Counted from the stretch's first letter, positions 20,662 to 32,472 are shown. The stretch: 32,472 bases of DNA from Intoshia linei (GCA_001642005.1 LWCA01000319.1:1-32472); one strand, 5' to 3'. Numbers and translations: made by a program. The notes: generated from the letters alone by a model not told the origin.

Positions 20662-23600
20662 TTATTCATTTAAATACAAGCCATTTCTTTATTTTATCAG
20701 AAATTGAATATAAATTGAATCTTTTCTCATTTTTTTCATTACTATTCCATGTTTTATTAATAGTAGAACCACATGTAGGACATACATAATCTAAAATTAC
20801 ATATACCCATAATTTAAATTTATCTAATTAATTGTAATGTATAATTACAGAGCAGGGGTCGGCAACCTTTTGCATCTCGGGGGCTACTTTTTTATTTCAA
20901 AAAATTTTACGGGCCCCATTTTCTCAAATTTACACGTGATATATTTCAATTTTAACTGAATTGAAACGGTTCTAATGTATATGCATTCAACAAAATAAAA
21001 TCCAGGGCGATCTGAAAATTCAGTATTAAAATGATTATAATGAGCCAATTATAGTAGAAAATGTTTAGAACAGGAAAAATTTAAAAATAAATATTTTACA
21101 TATTTACTCAAAGGGCCAACAAAATTATTCTTGGGCCACTAATTTCCACATACGTCGCACAGTATTATACATAATTAGTTATTTGGTAAAACTGGATTTT
21201 TCTATTTAGGGTTAGTAAATTTTGATTTTTAGTAGAAATATTTGGATTTTTGAAATTTTAGTTAAAATTTTGGAATGATTCATATATAAATCATTCAATT
21301 TTAATTTAAAATTTTTTAAATGAATCATTGGATGTGAAACAGTTATATAATTATTAAAATAATATTACCGTTTTTTTGTGAAATTTTTAAATTATTATAT
21401 GTATTATTTTTCTGAATCATTTCATAAAAAGCCATTTTTTCTTCCAAAAGGTTTTCATTTGTATGATTTTTTGGAATTACATTTTTGCATTTCATGTAAG
21501 ATACAATATTGTTTGATAGTTGAGTTAATGATTTTATAACCTAAATATATATTAAAATATAAAATATATTTATTATTCCTAATCATCCCAACCTTAGTTT
21601 TTACAGTTATACACCGATAAGCTGGTATGACACAGTGGGTCGATTGCCCTTAAAAATCAAAACTTTTTCATACATAAAAAATAACCTTAATTTAATTTTA
21701 TATAATTTAAATTTAATTATTAATTGTTACTATTATTATGGTTAAATAATTAAAAAATTGTATTTTAATGACAAAAAATTGATTTCATCATAATTTATAT
21801 TCAATTGAGTATTGAGTAAATATTGAAATTTTAATTTAACCAGTGGCGTAGCGTGACTTTTCTCACAAGGTGTTCGGGAATGGTTCCTTGGTAACATATT
21901 TTTAAAGTTAAAATTAATATCGAAATATAAAGAAATGTCTATAAAATATCATCATTAGATGATGTCACTTGATTGTGAATTTTATTTATAATGACTATAA
22001 AACTATTTTTAACCGGGGTCGTGCGAATTTTAAAAAATAAAACTGTTAATGCTTTTTGAATAATTTTATTTATGTCACTTAATATTATGTTTGGAATATA
22101 TAGAAAATTTTTGGGTCGCGAATACAGAAAATTTGAAAACCACTTATATAAAATATTCTTGAAATCAGCTAAGTCTCATCCGAAGAGGGATTTCGGATAC
22201 GGTAGGTTCGGCATAGGTAGTTGGCCATAAGTATGTTTGACATGAATAATTTTTTTAATTACGCCATAGAAGCTACCACTTCAAAATAAATGTAAAACTT
22301 TGGATTTAAGGAGGAATATACATATGTATAATAAAAACATATAAGTGTTAACTTAGTGACGCATTGAGGATTAAATCTATTTTTTTTGTAGTCACGTGGT
22401 CCATGGTGGAAAAAGTTTGGGAACCACTGATTTAAATAGTGTTATAATGTTCAATTATTAAATATTTGTATTAATATATCATTATTAATTATACGTTAAT
22501 ATATGTATTAGCAGTATTAAGATAAAAGATAATTTTTGAAATTTACCATACTAACACTTCTTTCATTAATATACATTTTTTTGTTTAAGTTGATTATATC
22601 CACAAAAACTTTTTTTTGATTATTTAAATCATTACAGTTGAATTTATTTAATATTGATGTCTAATATAACATAAAATAAAATAATTTAAAATGAAACCAT
22701 AAAATGATTATTTGCAAGTCCTAACGTGACAAATATAATATTTACAAATTTATCTTTGACAGTATTCATTAAATTGCAGCAATCTGTGTAATCGTTAATT
22801 ATTCCGTCCTACAGTGTAAATTTACAATTACATTTACAGTAAATGATTAATATAAACATTTTATTTTGAAAGTGTTTTTTATATGATATGATCCATATAC
22901 AATGTAATATAATAAATACCCAGATGAACCTAAAAACATAAGAACCAAAAGAAATGACAAAAATCGTTATATTTCCTGTCATATTACACAAATAAAGTAA
23001 CTTATATAAACGTCATAGGGGTAATTAAGTTTGAAATACACACTAGGATTCATGTACCCAATTTTAAGCTGATTTTTATAATTAATTCAAAAAAAACGTG
23101 TAAACGATTATGATGTACTTGTGGAAAGTTATCCAAATATCTACAAGGTTTGGGAACCGCAGTAATATATTATACCGTGAATATAATGAGTAAAAAGCAT
23201 TTATTTTCTGCTTGTCCACATTTTGTTAAAAAATTGGTCAAGAGGTTTGTTATTTTGGTTGGACCGCCCATTTTTACATTTTTTATAGATTTGTTGTAAA
23301 ATTCCAAAAATTTCTAAATAAAAAATGTTAAATTTAAATTATTTATTACATCTAAATTGGCTTCAACTAATGTAGTTTTCATTTTTTTAGTGGAACCAAA
23401 TAATGTAACATTAATTTTTTTCTGAGAAATAAAATTAAACAAGTAGGGTAAGTAGAGTTTCATTGCACCAATATAAGAATTATCCTAAATTTAATAATTA
23501 TAATAGTAGATAAAAATCGTTCCATATTACCAATGATTCTTGAACGAAATGCAAGGAGGTAGGATCATTTTTCAAACCATTGCTCAACTATACATAGAAT

Positions 23601-26600
23601 TAATTATATAATATATATTAGGGTGTTTCACTAAATCAAACTATGTAAAACTTTAAGTAAAATTAGGTTTAATTTGGTATAGAAATGACTATGCTGAAAA
23701 AAATTTTACATAAAAATTCGTTTTGAAGTATTGCAGGTCATTTTTATAACCTCATACAAACATGTTCGATAAACATTAAAACTGAACTTTATTTACTAAA
23801 CCACTGGAATTTATTTGTAACAAGGTTAACCGTGCTATCAATTAATTACTCTACTCCCACTATATATTTTAAATTTTTAAAAATTAAGAAAATGCCACAA
23901 GTTTAGTTTACAAGTTATAAAGTTGTTGCCAATGACAAAATTTGTAAAAATATGAAATACCCTAATATATATACCATTTTAATATATATCATCAATATGA
24001 TTTTATATAAAAATACCATGTATACACGTAGTAGCAATTATACTTACTACCAATTAGCAAAAAATTACGATAATTAATATTTTATTTCATATAAATAAGC
24101 AAAGAAAAAAATTAGGTGTATTTTATATAGGAAATTAAAATTGCGTGCGACACTTCATTTGTGGTAAAAAAAAAATTTTTCATTATGTGTTCATGATCAA
24201 AACTTCACAACTTGTGACCTAAAGTTGTTACCAAAGACAAAATTTTACAAATTTTAAAACACCCTAATACATATATAATACAGTAGTTAAATTTATATTA
24301 AAAACATGAACTTTCTCAACAATTTTTCGCTAACGTGAAAAATTCTAAATAATAGAATTTGAAAAAATGACGAAATGGAAATTGCTTGATCCAAAAAAAA
24401 TTTCAAAATGATTTTTAAGTAGTTTCGGAAAATTGTTTAAAATTTACTCTTAAAACTTGCAGCCTGCAAAAAAAATTAAAAATTAGCCAGATGTTGGGAA
24501 TTTATCCCAAAACTTAGACGACCGCTACATTATTATTTCAAAACTATCACTTTTATCTCACCATTAATAAAATTTAATAATATTTACATAATTAATGTTA
24601 ATAAAAAATACCGTTTCAATCCCTCCAAGAAAAATCAACTTTTACCGCTATTTTTTTGAAAAGCACGATTTTACCTAATCTTATGAGAAAAAAACTTTAA
24701 TTTTTTCATAAATTTTTTATATTTCAGTTTTTTTATTGTCTAAAAAATAAATATTCTGAAATGATGCAACAAAAATGAAATACGTACATTATTTGAATCA
24801 AAACCAACTGACCTACAATACCATGTTATACTAAAAACTGTCGATTAAACTGTTCAAAGTGTTAACTTTACAAATTATAAATTATATATTAAATATTATG
24901 TTAATAATAATAATACTATTAATAGTTATAATTAACAAACGTAATGTTATTATACAATATATTCAAATGATTACAGACATATCAATGGCTACATTTAAAT
25001 CAAATTCTAATCCACCATTTACATAATCTATTAAAGAGTAATTTTGTTCAATGCTAAATTTTATATGGGTATTACATTCTTTTATTGTATACTTGCATGA
25101 AATTATTATTAATTGACCTCTTTTTTTAACATTTTGAATTTTTTTGCTGAATCGAACCAAGTCAAATTTTCCACCATTACTAGATAAATCATTTTACAAT
25201 GTATATTTAATTAAAAATTTAAATGATAAATTACTTTAATGTTAATAGATGATTCAAATGCATTATACAGTAGCCAACTAGTTCCGGCTTTGAATAACTA
25301 CTCGATAAATAAATATAAATAATCATAATAAAACTATATAACACAGGAATATCTAGATTAGTATTACAAAAACACATCCCTTTGCACGACCCACCTAATA
25401 TCACTGAAATATATCCGTATACGTTAGTATTTTTTAAGTATAAATTTAATTCAATAGAACAAATCAAATTATGGTTGGATAAACAGATCATAAACTGATA
25501 TTATTGTTTTAATGATAATAAACCATTCATTTGTAATGGTATCAAGATTTTTTGAGAGTGGTTAAAAAACGCTACTGTAAAGTTTAAAAAATCACTAATA
25601 TATATTATTACCTTCCAGTAGATATAATAAATTTAATATTTCTTCGATAGTCTGTATTATTCAATTTTTGAAGAGAAAGTTTGATAAATTTCCATCTAAA
25701 CATATAAAATAATTAATATGTAAATGAAATAATTTTCCATATTCTCTGAACCGGTCAAATACGGACATAATCGAGATTAAAAATAAATTAAAAATTAAAT
25801 AAAATTACTTTAACAATTTTTTACTATTTACAATTTCGCTAGCATAAATATTGTGGTATTCATTACTTCCAAAAGATCGAGCAATTTGAAAAAAGTAACT
25901 TTTCTAGTAAAAAATTGAAAAAATAAAACATGTTAATAATTATAATTATTCAACAATGTACATGTGTACAGGGTAATGTATATTAGTTTTCTGCAACAGG
26001 TTCAAAATTACGATTTCGTACAATGTGAAATCGGTTTTTGAAACGTAGACAAGATTTTAATATTTCGTATTCGTGTTGAACCGTATTGCAGAATTATAAT
26101 GTAAATTATAATTACATGTCAGGATAATTTTTTTCTGACCTATAAATTTTGAATTAAAGTCAATTCTGAGTTAATATAAAAAATTTTCTATTTTCATAGT
26201 AGAGATTTTTAAATTTTTGTTGCGGAATACCCATTTTACTACATGTAATAAATAAATTTTTTCTAACTGTCATAAAAAATTTTAATTTCTATCCATATTT
26301 ATATAAAGTAAAAATTTCTAAAAATGTGATTTTTGTCGGTGTCTTTAATTTACAGGGAAAAATACTACCACAATAAATTCAGTACGCTAATTTTATAATT
26401 AATATAATATAAATAATTAAATATAAACTTAATGTAAAAATTACCTTTTTTGAAAAAAATCCCGATGAATAAATATTTGCATTTATAATTAACACTAAAT
26501 CAGCTTTAGATTCATTAACATATTCTGATGTTAAATGTATATTTCCCCGTGATTTTGAGTGTCCTAGTTTATATTATAATTATTTAACAATCATTTTGAA

Positions 26601-28835
26601 TCTAATTTTATTTGGCCGTGTTTTCATTGGGTTTGGGTAAACAATTGTTTCTCAAGATTTTTTATGCTAGGCGCAAATTTGACTCTTAAAAAATAACCCC
26701 ACTTCAATAATAAATTAATAAAAAAAAAAAGTCAAATTTTGAGGGCTTTTGTAGCAGTTAAATCAAAAAAGAATTATTATAATAATAAATTTTTAAATAA
26801 TGATTATTCAGTGACTATTTTCTAATAAATTAAAAATATAAAGCTTTCATTGTGGAAAGTCGAGCTAATTATAATATATATTTTATTAGAATAATAATAC
26901 ACTAAGATGTCTTAGAATTCAAAAAACCCAAATTCTAATACAGTTTTTCGATAGTTATGTTTTATTTTATTTCAAAAATTAAGTTCTTCAATTAACTTGT
27001 CAAAAACACAAATTGCCTTTAGAATTTTAAAGAAAGTTAATTCCGGGATGCTTTTTAACATCATTACTATTGTCGTAAATCTCAATATCAGAAACTTACA
27101 CCTTCACTTTCAAACCCCAAATTATCCGTTAAAAATGAAAACAGTTACAGAATTCTATAAAATATAAATTCTGGATAGTTTTTAAAATGATGAGCATTAT
27201 CATAAATCAATGAAGAAATTGGTTTTAAAATTAAAACGTCGACCCTCGACAGATTTAGCCGCTGTTGTACAAAGTACATAATTGCATTATAAAATAATGA
27301 ATAATACATGATAAATATTTACCTTCAATCATAAGCGACCTTGTCAAGTTAAAAGACGTATTTTTATGCTTGATGAGATCACTAAGTTTAATTCTTAATG
27401 ATCCCAAATATTCTTGATGTACCAAATCGTTGAATCTAATTGAAATTATAGATGTGTAAAATATTTATATATGGATTGTACACCTGTTAAGACGTTTATT
27501 ATGCCATGAATACCCAAACTACTTTAAACTACACTATGAGACATGAAAAGGTTCAGTCATACCTTACTTTGTTAAATTTATATTTCATGTCAGGGACCCA
27601 GGTATACTTTAATAATTTTATGTACTAAAATTATTTTTCTATCATAAAAAGATTATTTTTCTCTTTGATATCTGCACCACAGGCAATTATTGCAGAATTA
27701 ATACTTTACATTAATTTAATCTAACCAATAAATTCTATAACAGGAGTTGTCAACCTTTTTAAACCAACGCCCCAACCAACGTGGACGTCATGATAAAATG
27801 AACTATATTTTTTATAAAATCAATAATAATTATTATTAATAATGGAAAAAAAGTAACTAATCTTTATTTATTTCCATGTGACCCTTGCGTCTAGTGATTG
27901 AGTGCCAACTCCTTAATTCTTGATGATATGCTGGTTAATTTGATAAAAATATCTCCTCTTTAACAAATATTAATTTTGTTTCTATCTTTACTCACTATTT
28001 TGTTTACAGAACTGAATTCACTTTCAACCATGTAAGATGTTGGAAAAAACATTAATATCCTTGAAATTTCAGAATGCACCAGTGGATAAAGACATTTTGA
28101 GTTTTTAAATATCAAAAATAACATATTTGACATTTTTAATAATTTAATTTACAAGTATGGTTAAAAATCGTTGCAACTCCCCTAAATCTTAAAAACGCCC
28201 CTGGGCGCTAACGTTCACGTTGAGAACCACTGTTCAATACTATATAGAAGATCTTCTCAACTGGACTCATTTACAAAAATTTGCTTATTAAGCAACACGG
28301 AAAAGCTCATTTTCAATCTGTAAATATCATAATTTCCCCTTTTGATGTTTCTTTTAGAAAATCCATTTTGCATTAGGATGCCTTTTTTGATTTTAATCAG
28401 TTATCCCCTCAAATGTAATTATTAAATTCATACAAGAATGTTAATAGTACTATATCATATATTTTAAAATTGCGCACTTTGGGAACCCCATTATACTATA
28501 GAATAGATAATATAGTTGAAGGATAAAAAGAAAAAATTTACTCATTATCGATATCGTATATAGAAAAGAGCAATTCATTGTCCAAATCATCATATAAAAT
28601 TTTAAAAGATTGAATAAACTGAAAATTGAATAAAAAAAGAAGCCTAAATGAATAAAATTACAACTGGATTGAGACAGTCTGGAATAATTTCAGTCTTAGC
28701 ATAAAATGTCCATTTTTCAAAGTTTTTAACAAAAAGAACACACATGGCATCCGTTTTTGAAACGTAGTCGAGATTGATAAGCTGGCTACATGAAACAAAA
28801 ATTTCTAGATAATCTGTATTGTTAAAATTGTACAT
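20662..28835 (-). CDS. Divergent copine-family protein (C2A-C2B-vWA) with a C-terminal extension; many exons, several TE-expanded introns
   Basis: Exon peptides in copine order: LEIFVSCSQLINLDYVSKTDAMCV...KTEIIPDCLNPV, LLFSIYDIDN, QEYLGSL..KLSDLI, IYASEIVN, WKFIKLSLQKL, YSLIDYVNGGLEFDLNVAIDMS, LSNG..DPTSLHF, VKMGGPT...FLLIIFT, DGIIND...VNIIFVTLG and IVSYMKCKNVIP. The final exon is DYVCPTCG...LNE*. I could not resolve the splice phase near 25290 or 22660, so I cannot show the gene is intact. Confidence 0.85.
20853..21150. mobile_element. hAT MITE remnant in a copine intron
   Basis: Left end caggggtcggcaacctttt is a typical hAT/Charlie TIR. The right end is degenerate. Confidence 0.5.
22170..22429 (-). 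mobile_element. Partial second copy of the 998-1708 hAT MITE family
   Basis: Reverse-complement homology to 998-1270 (gatacggtaggttc, taattacgccat, aaagtttgggaaccactg). Confidence 0.85.
23618..23965. mobile_element. Tc1/mariner-type MITE flanked by TA; a second right end lies at ~24220-24267
   Basis: TIRs ttagggtgtttca and tgaaataccctaa, flanked by TA. The subterminal aaagttgtt.ccaa.gacaaaattt and terminal caccctaata recur at 24220-24269. Confidence 0.7.
26905..27260 (+). repeat. Second copy of the 17420-17905 repeat family
   Basis: Shares blocks with 17590-17790, for example atagtttttaaaa..atgagcattatc. Confidence 0.65.
27741..28232. mobile_element. hAT MITE in copine intron 2
   Basis: Ends caggagttgtcaacc and gttgagaaccactg. 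8-bp flanks ttctataa / ttcaatac (6/8 identical). Confidence 0.75.
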
Positions 28836-28907
28836 TACATGAAGGTTTACAACAATTAATAAGTGTAATGTTTATAAGACATAGTTACACCAAATTTAAT
28901 ATACACA

Positions 28908-29439
28908 TTAATTTTTCTTTAATTTTCCTGAAGCTATCCAGCATAAGCAAATGCTGTAATATACCATATTGATACACAAAAAATTGGATACCAATATTAG
29001 AATAGGCATTGAAATACTGACCAAAGCATTTATTTTATTTTGATACGAATCTGATTTAAAAATATAAAATGATTCATAAAATAATCGACTGATTGACTTT
29101 GATTTTACATTATTTTCATTAAACAAATCAACATAATTATTATTGTAATAATAAAATACAGACGGCGTCAAATTTAGTAGGGCAGTGCATATTATCACCA
29201 TAGCATAACATTTTTTTGAATTTTTTGCGTTTGCTCTCATAATCAAGAAATGTAAACATATTGTATATATTGATACCATACAAGCAACAATAGCGTTAGG
29301 ATATTCTTCTGGTCGAATCAGTGTATTCCAACCGGCATAAAATCGAGAGATACACATATAAAATAGAATCACTAAAATAGCTAGTGATACAAACGTCTTT
29401 GTGATTAATAAATTATTCAATATATTTTTGTATTGGGCA
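28908..29439 (-). CDS. Unidentified membrane protein with about 4 hydrophobic segments; 5' end unresolved
   Basis: An open frame of about 176 codons in very AT-rich DNA, beginning after the acceptor-like atatttag at 29440. Hydrophobic stretches: FVSLAILVILFYMCI, AIVACMVSIYTICLHFLIM, YAMVIICTALLNL..VFYYY and ALVSISMPILILVSNFLC. Confidence 0.55.
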
Positions 29440-29639
29440 CTAAATATTTATACATTACTATAAGGTATAATATAGATATTTAATATTAATAAATAATTTA
29501 ATTTTAATAACGTAAAAATGGCTAAAAATATGTATAAAAAATATCGAAAGGACAAAACAACATCGATTAATTACATATTATTCATTGGTCAGGTATATTA
29601 AGAACTTAAATATTATACCATACTCAAAGTATTGATCCA

Positions 29640-30260
29640 TTCCTTAGCGGTATGCACACTGATCTACCAAATCCTGAGCAAAGTTGAAAATACTTTAAAA
29701 GAATTTGCACTGATGATACGTGACCCACCGCGTCGTATTTTACAGCTTGCAATGTCTACCGTTCAGAATAAACCGCATCCCAGATGACGTCATCGAAAAA
29801 TGTTCGTCAAATTATACGACGGAAAAGACGAAATCAAGGTGATTATCCACTTATTACAATTGATGTCAGACTATTGATAATACCGCAAATTTTAAAAGAA
29901 ACGACAGATAATTGTAAATTTCTACTTTATGATAGTGGAACTAACCATCCAATTAGAATATTGCTGTTTACAACTCAGCGGTTTCTGTGTTATCTCAATA
30001 AATCAAATAATTGGATGTGTGATGGAACTTTTCAAGTGGCACCGCTTTTTAGACTGGTTTACACGATTGATGTCGTAATAAGAAACAATTTAATTCCTTG
30101 TATTTATGCATTATTACAGAATCAATACACGTAAAGATATATACAGCATTATTGGCATTAGCACACAGCCTTGACCCTGAAACATTCAATATCAATTATA
30201 AAACGGCTCAAAAGGAGCTATCAATGCATTTTTTCTTCAAGCAGTAATATCTGGGTTTGA
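29640..30260 (+). mobile_element. Mutator-like (MULE) transposase pseudogene
   Basis: KFLLYDSG...RILLFTT..FL.YL.KSNNWMCDGTFQVAPLF.LVYTI...LIPCIYALL is the MULE DDE signature (W..DGTF...P..F.QLYTI...P..YALL). Stops and frameshifts flank it. Confidence 0.88.
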
Positions 30261-30329
30261 TTAACTGTTTTCTTATTATACAGTGGAATTAATGCTAACT
30301 ATTTCGAAAATACCTACGTATTTGATTAT

Positions 30330-30910
30330 AATTATAAAATAACAAATCATGTAAATGGACAAATCATTACACTGAACAACACTAAAAAAACTTAGGAGGT
30401 GGTGTAGAGAATCTAAATCGAAAAAATTAATTAATCAGCCTTTATTAATTGATTCATATAATAAATCTATGTGTGGTGTTGATTTAATGGACAAATTATT
30501 ATCATCGTATCGACCAAAATTGCAAAGCAAAAAGTGGTATTGGAATTTGTTCATCAATGCATTAAATATTTCAGTGTTAGCATCATGGAGAATTTATCAA
30601 AATAGTAATATTTTTAAATTGTATATTTATTGAGCATTTAGAAGATACATGTATGAAAGAATCACACCTTTCTTTTTGATCCGCTCTTGCTATATATCTT
30701 GTTAAAAGTGTATGATCTATGACAAATAGTATTATCTTATCTGGACCTGGTTCAAACCAACCACAGGAGCTCAGATTTGATAGATTAAATCATTACTTGA
30801 TTAGTCAAGCGAAACAGACGCGATATGCAGTGTGGCATAAGAATACATACAAATTATGTAAAAAATGTTACAAAAAAATGCACGTAAAATGATTTAAGAT
30901 TTATATATAG
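30330..30910 (+). mobile_element. piggyBac transposase 3' remnant (PGBD-like)
   Basis: 30436 onwards translates QPLLIDSYNKSMCGVDLMDKLLSSYRPKLQSKKWYWNLFINALNISVLASWRIY (YN..MGGVD..D...S.YR.....KKW.W motif). A decayed C-terminal Cys-rich domain follows: RFDRLNHY...QTRYAVWHKNTYKLCKKC. Confidence 0.9.
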
Positions 30911-30984
30911 ATTTATAGAAACAAAGCATCTGAAATTTATAGTTCAAATTTGAACCTTGATAAATTATATTAGTGTTGCACGTC

Positions 30985-32270
30985 ATGGTAAAAAATTTTA
31001 CATTCAACACAATTAAAGAAAACAAAAGATGTTATCAAGTATTTAGAAGAAAGGCACATCCCCATTGATCAAGATGAAACTTACAGATTCAAATTAAAAT
31101 CACAACATTTTACTGTAAGTAATGGCGAATTTTTTGAAAGGTTGATTATTTTCAAAATTTCATCGTTATAAATTTTTATTTAGAAAATTATAAATTAAAA
31201 GTATTTTCTGATGACAAAAAAGAGTGTATAATGGAAATACACGTAGATGGACATTGTGGAGTTAAAAAGGCGTGCAATTTTTTTATTTATTTAATTTTTT
31301 TGTAAGACGAAGATGGTTGATGCTGTTATTTCAACATAAAAGAAAAGGAAATTAAGGCGTACATTTCACAATGTTCGTAATGCCAAAAAAGTTATGGCTT
31401 AAACACATTGACTAGAATACGACCAATTGCGACTGTACGTATCCGTGAACGATACATGAAAGATTACATAAGCCTTCTGGAATATGAGGGTGTGAATAAT
31501 GGCTTCAAGTACATTGTGAATATCATTGATTGTTATTCAAAATTTATGTGGGTAGCTAAATTAAAAAATAAGAATGCAACATATATGCGGTTTTATTTTG
31601 AAGACATGTTTTCTATACTTGGTCCAACCAAAGACTACTGTATATTTTAAGCTGTCCTTGGTCACCTAAAAAATTGCATACAGACAATGGTCGAGAATTT
31701 AAAAACGATGAAATAGAAGGTTTATGCAATGACATGAAGGTTCGTATCGTTCACGGTAGACCTCGTCACCCTCAATCACAGGGACAAGTCGAAAGGTTTA
31801 TATATAAATGTAAAAAAAAATGGATAGATTTCTCACTAGAGTAGTGAGAAAATATAACATTACAGTTCATAGAGCCACAAATAAAACACCGTTTTCCGTG
31901 TTTATGGGATGTAGAGGATTTAATGTTTATGTTTTCTCACAAATATTTAGTTTCCTGGAAGAAATAAATAAACACTTAAATGTATCAACTAGCTACATTG
32001 ATGGGATGGTAAAAATGCTAATGCAAATATTATAAAATTCAAGATTGGTATATTTAGATCATTTCATTAATTTAATATATTTTTTAAATGATAGAGTGAG
32101 ACTTCGATCAGATTTTGATACAAATTTCAAAACTAAAAAGGGTTATTTGAATTACAATTTGAAGATGATATATACTTGATTATTAATAAACATGTGAACA
32201 GCTATGTACTCGAAAACAAATTGAATAATTCACAAATTACTGTAGATAATACTAGAATTAAATTGTATTT
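30985..32270 (+). mobile_element. Retroviral-like DDE integrase pseudogene (Ginger / KRBA2-SCAND3-like DNA transposon)
   Basis: HHCC zinc finger (EIHVDGHCG...YISQCS*CQK), KYIVNIIDCYSKF, LHTDNGREFKN, HGRPRHPQSQGQVER and YNITVHRATNKTPF. No RT, RNase H or LTR seen next to it. Stops and frameshifts are present. Confidence 0.88.
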
Positions 32271-32472
32271 ATCATTGTAGATTCGAAATTTTTTGGATTT
32301 CGTAAATTCCGCTTTTGTCTTATCTATTATTTATCTGTTTACTAAATGTCTTTGAAATACAGTCTAAGTCCTATTTAACGGAATTTTTGGAACTCAAAAA
32401 TTTAGAAATTCCGCTAAGCAGGATGTTTAGCGATGTTTTTCTATAGAAACGTCATATTTAACAGAATTATTT

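Noticed and set aside
22809-22991. 60-aa hydrophobic ORF
   Set aside because: It lies within a copine intron and ends at the next acceptor. The hydrophobicity reflects T-rich sequence.
1-32472. Non-standard genetic code, tRNA, rRNA or snRNA genes, or prokaryotic systems
   Set aside because: Conserved genes translate with the standard code and end at TAA, TAG or TGA. In-frame stops occur only in decayed transposons. I recognised no RNA-gene signatures, though I could not run a covariance search.

Overview
This is very AT-rich eukaryotic (metazoan) genomic DNA with spliceosomal genes whose introns are mostly 34-50 nt, so the ORF track fragments most genes. By splicing by hand I reconstructed: an MVB12/FAM125 (MABP-domain) gene (-), POP5 (+), PRCC (-), DNAJC10/ERdj5 (+), HMG-CoA lyase (-), an MTA-family NuRD subunit (+), an hnRNP K/PCBP-like KH protein (+), an isolated 3' exon of an EXOG/EndoG-like nuclease (+), a divergent copine (-) and an unidentified 4-TM protein (-). 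The long introns and intergenic spaces are filled with decayed non-autonomous DNA transposons (hAT MITEs with 8-bp TSDs, mariner-like, Helitron-like and Transib-like ends). The window starts in a Tc1 remnant and ends in a block of co-oriented MULE, piggyBac and Ginger/Gypsy-like integrase remnants. The tiny introns, extreme AT content, tight gene packing and divergent proteins fit a genome-reduced invertebrate parasite such as the orthonectid Intoshia; that is an inference, not a database result. I found no convincing new multi-gene system. The best leads are the 69-bp bidirectional promoter, the degenerate 5' splice sites, the apparently intron-containing integrase, the orphan EXOG exon, the remodelled copine and the co-oriented transposon block. 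All exon boundaries are manual predictions.
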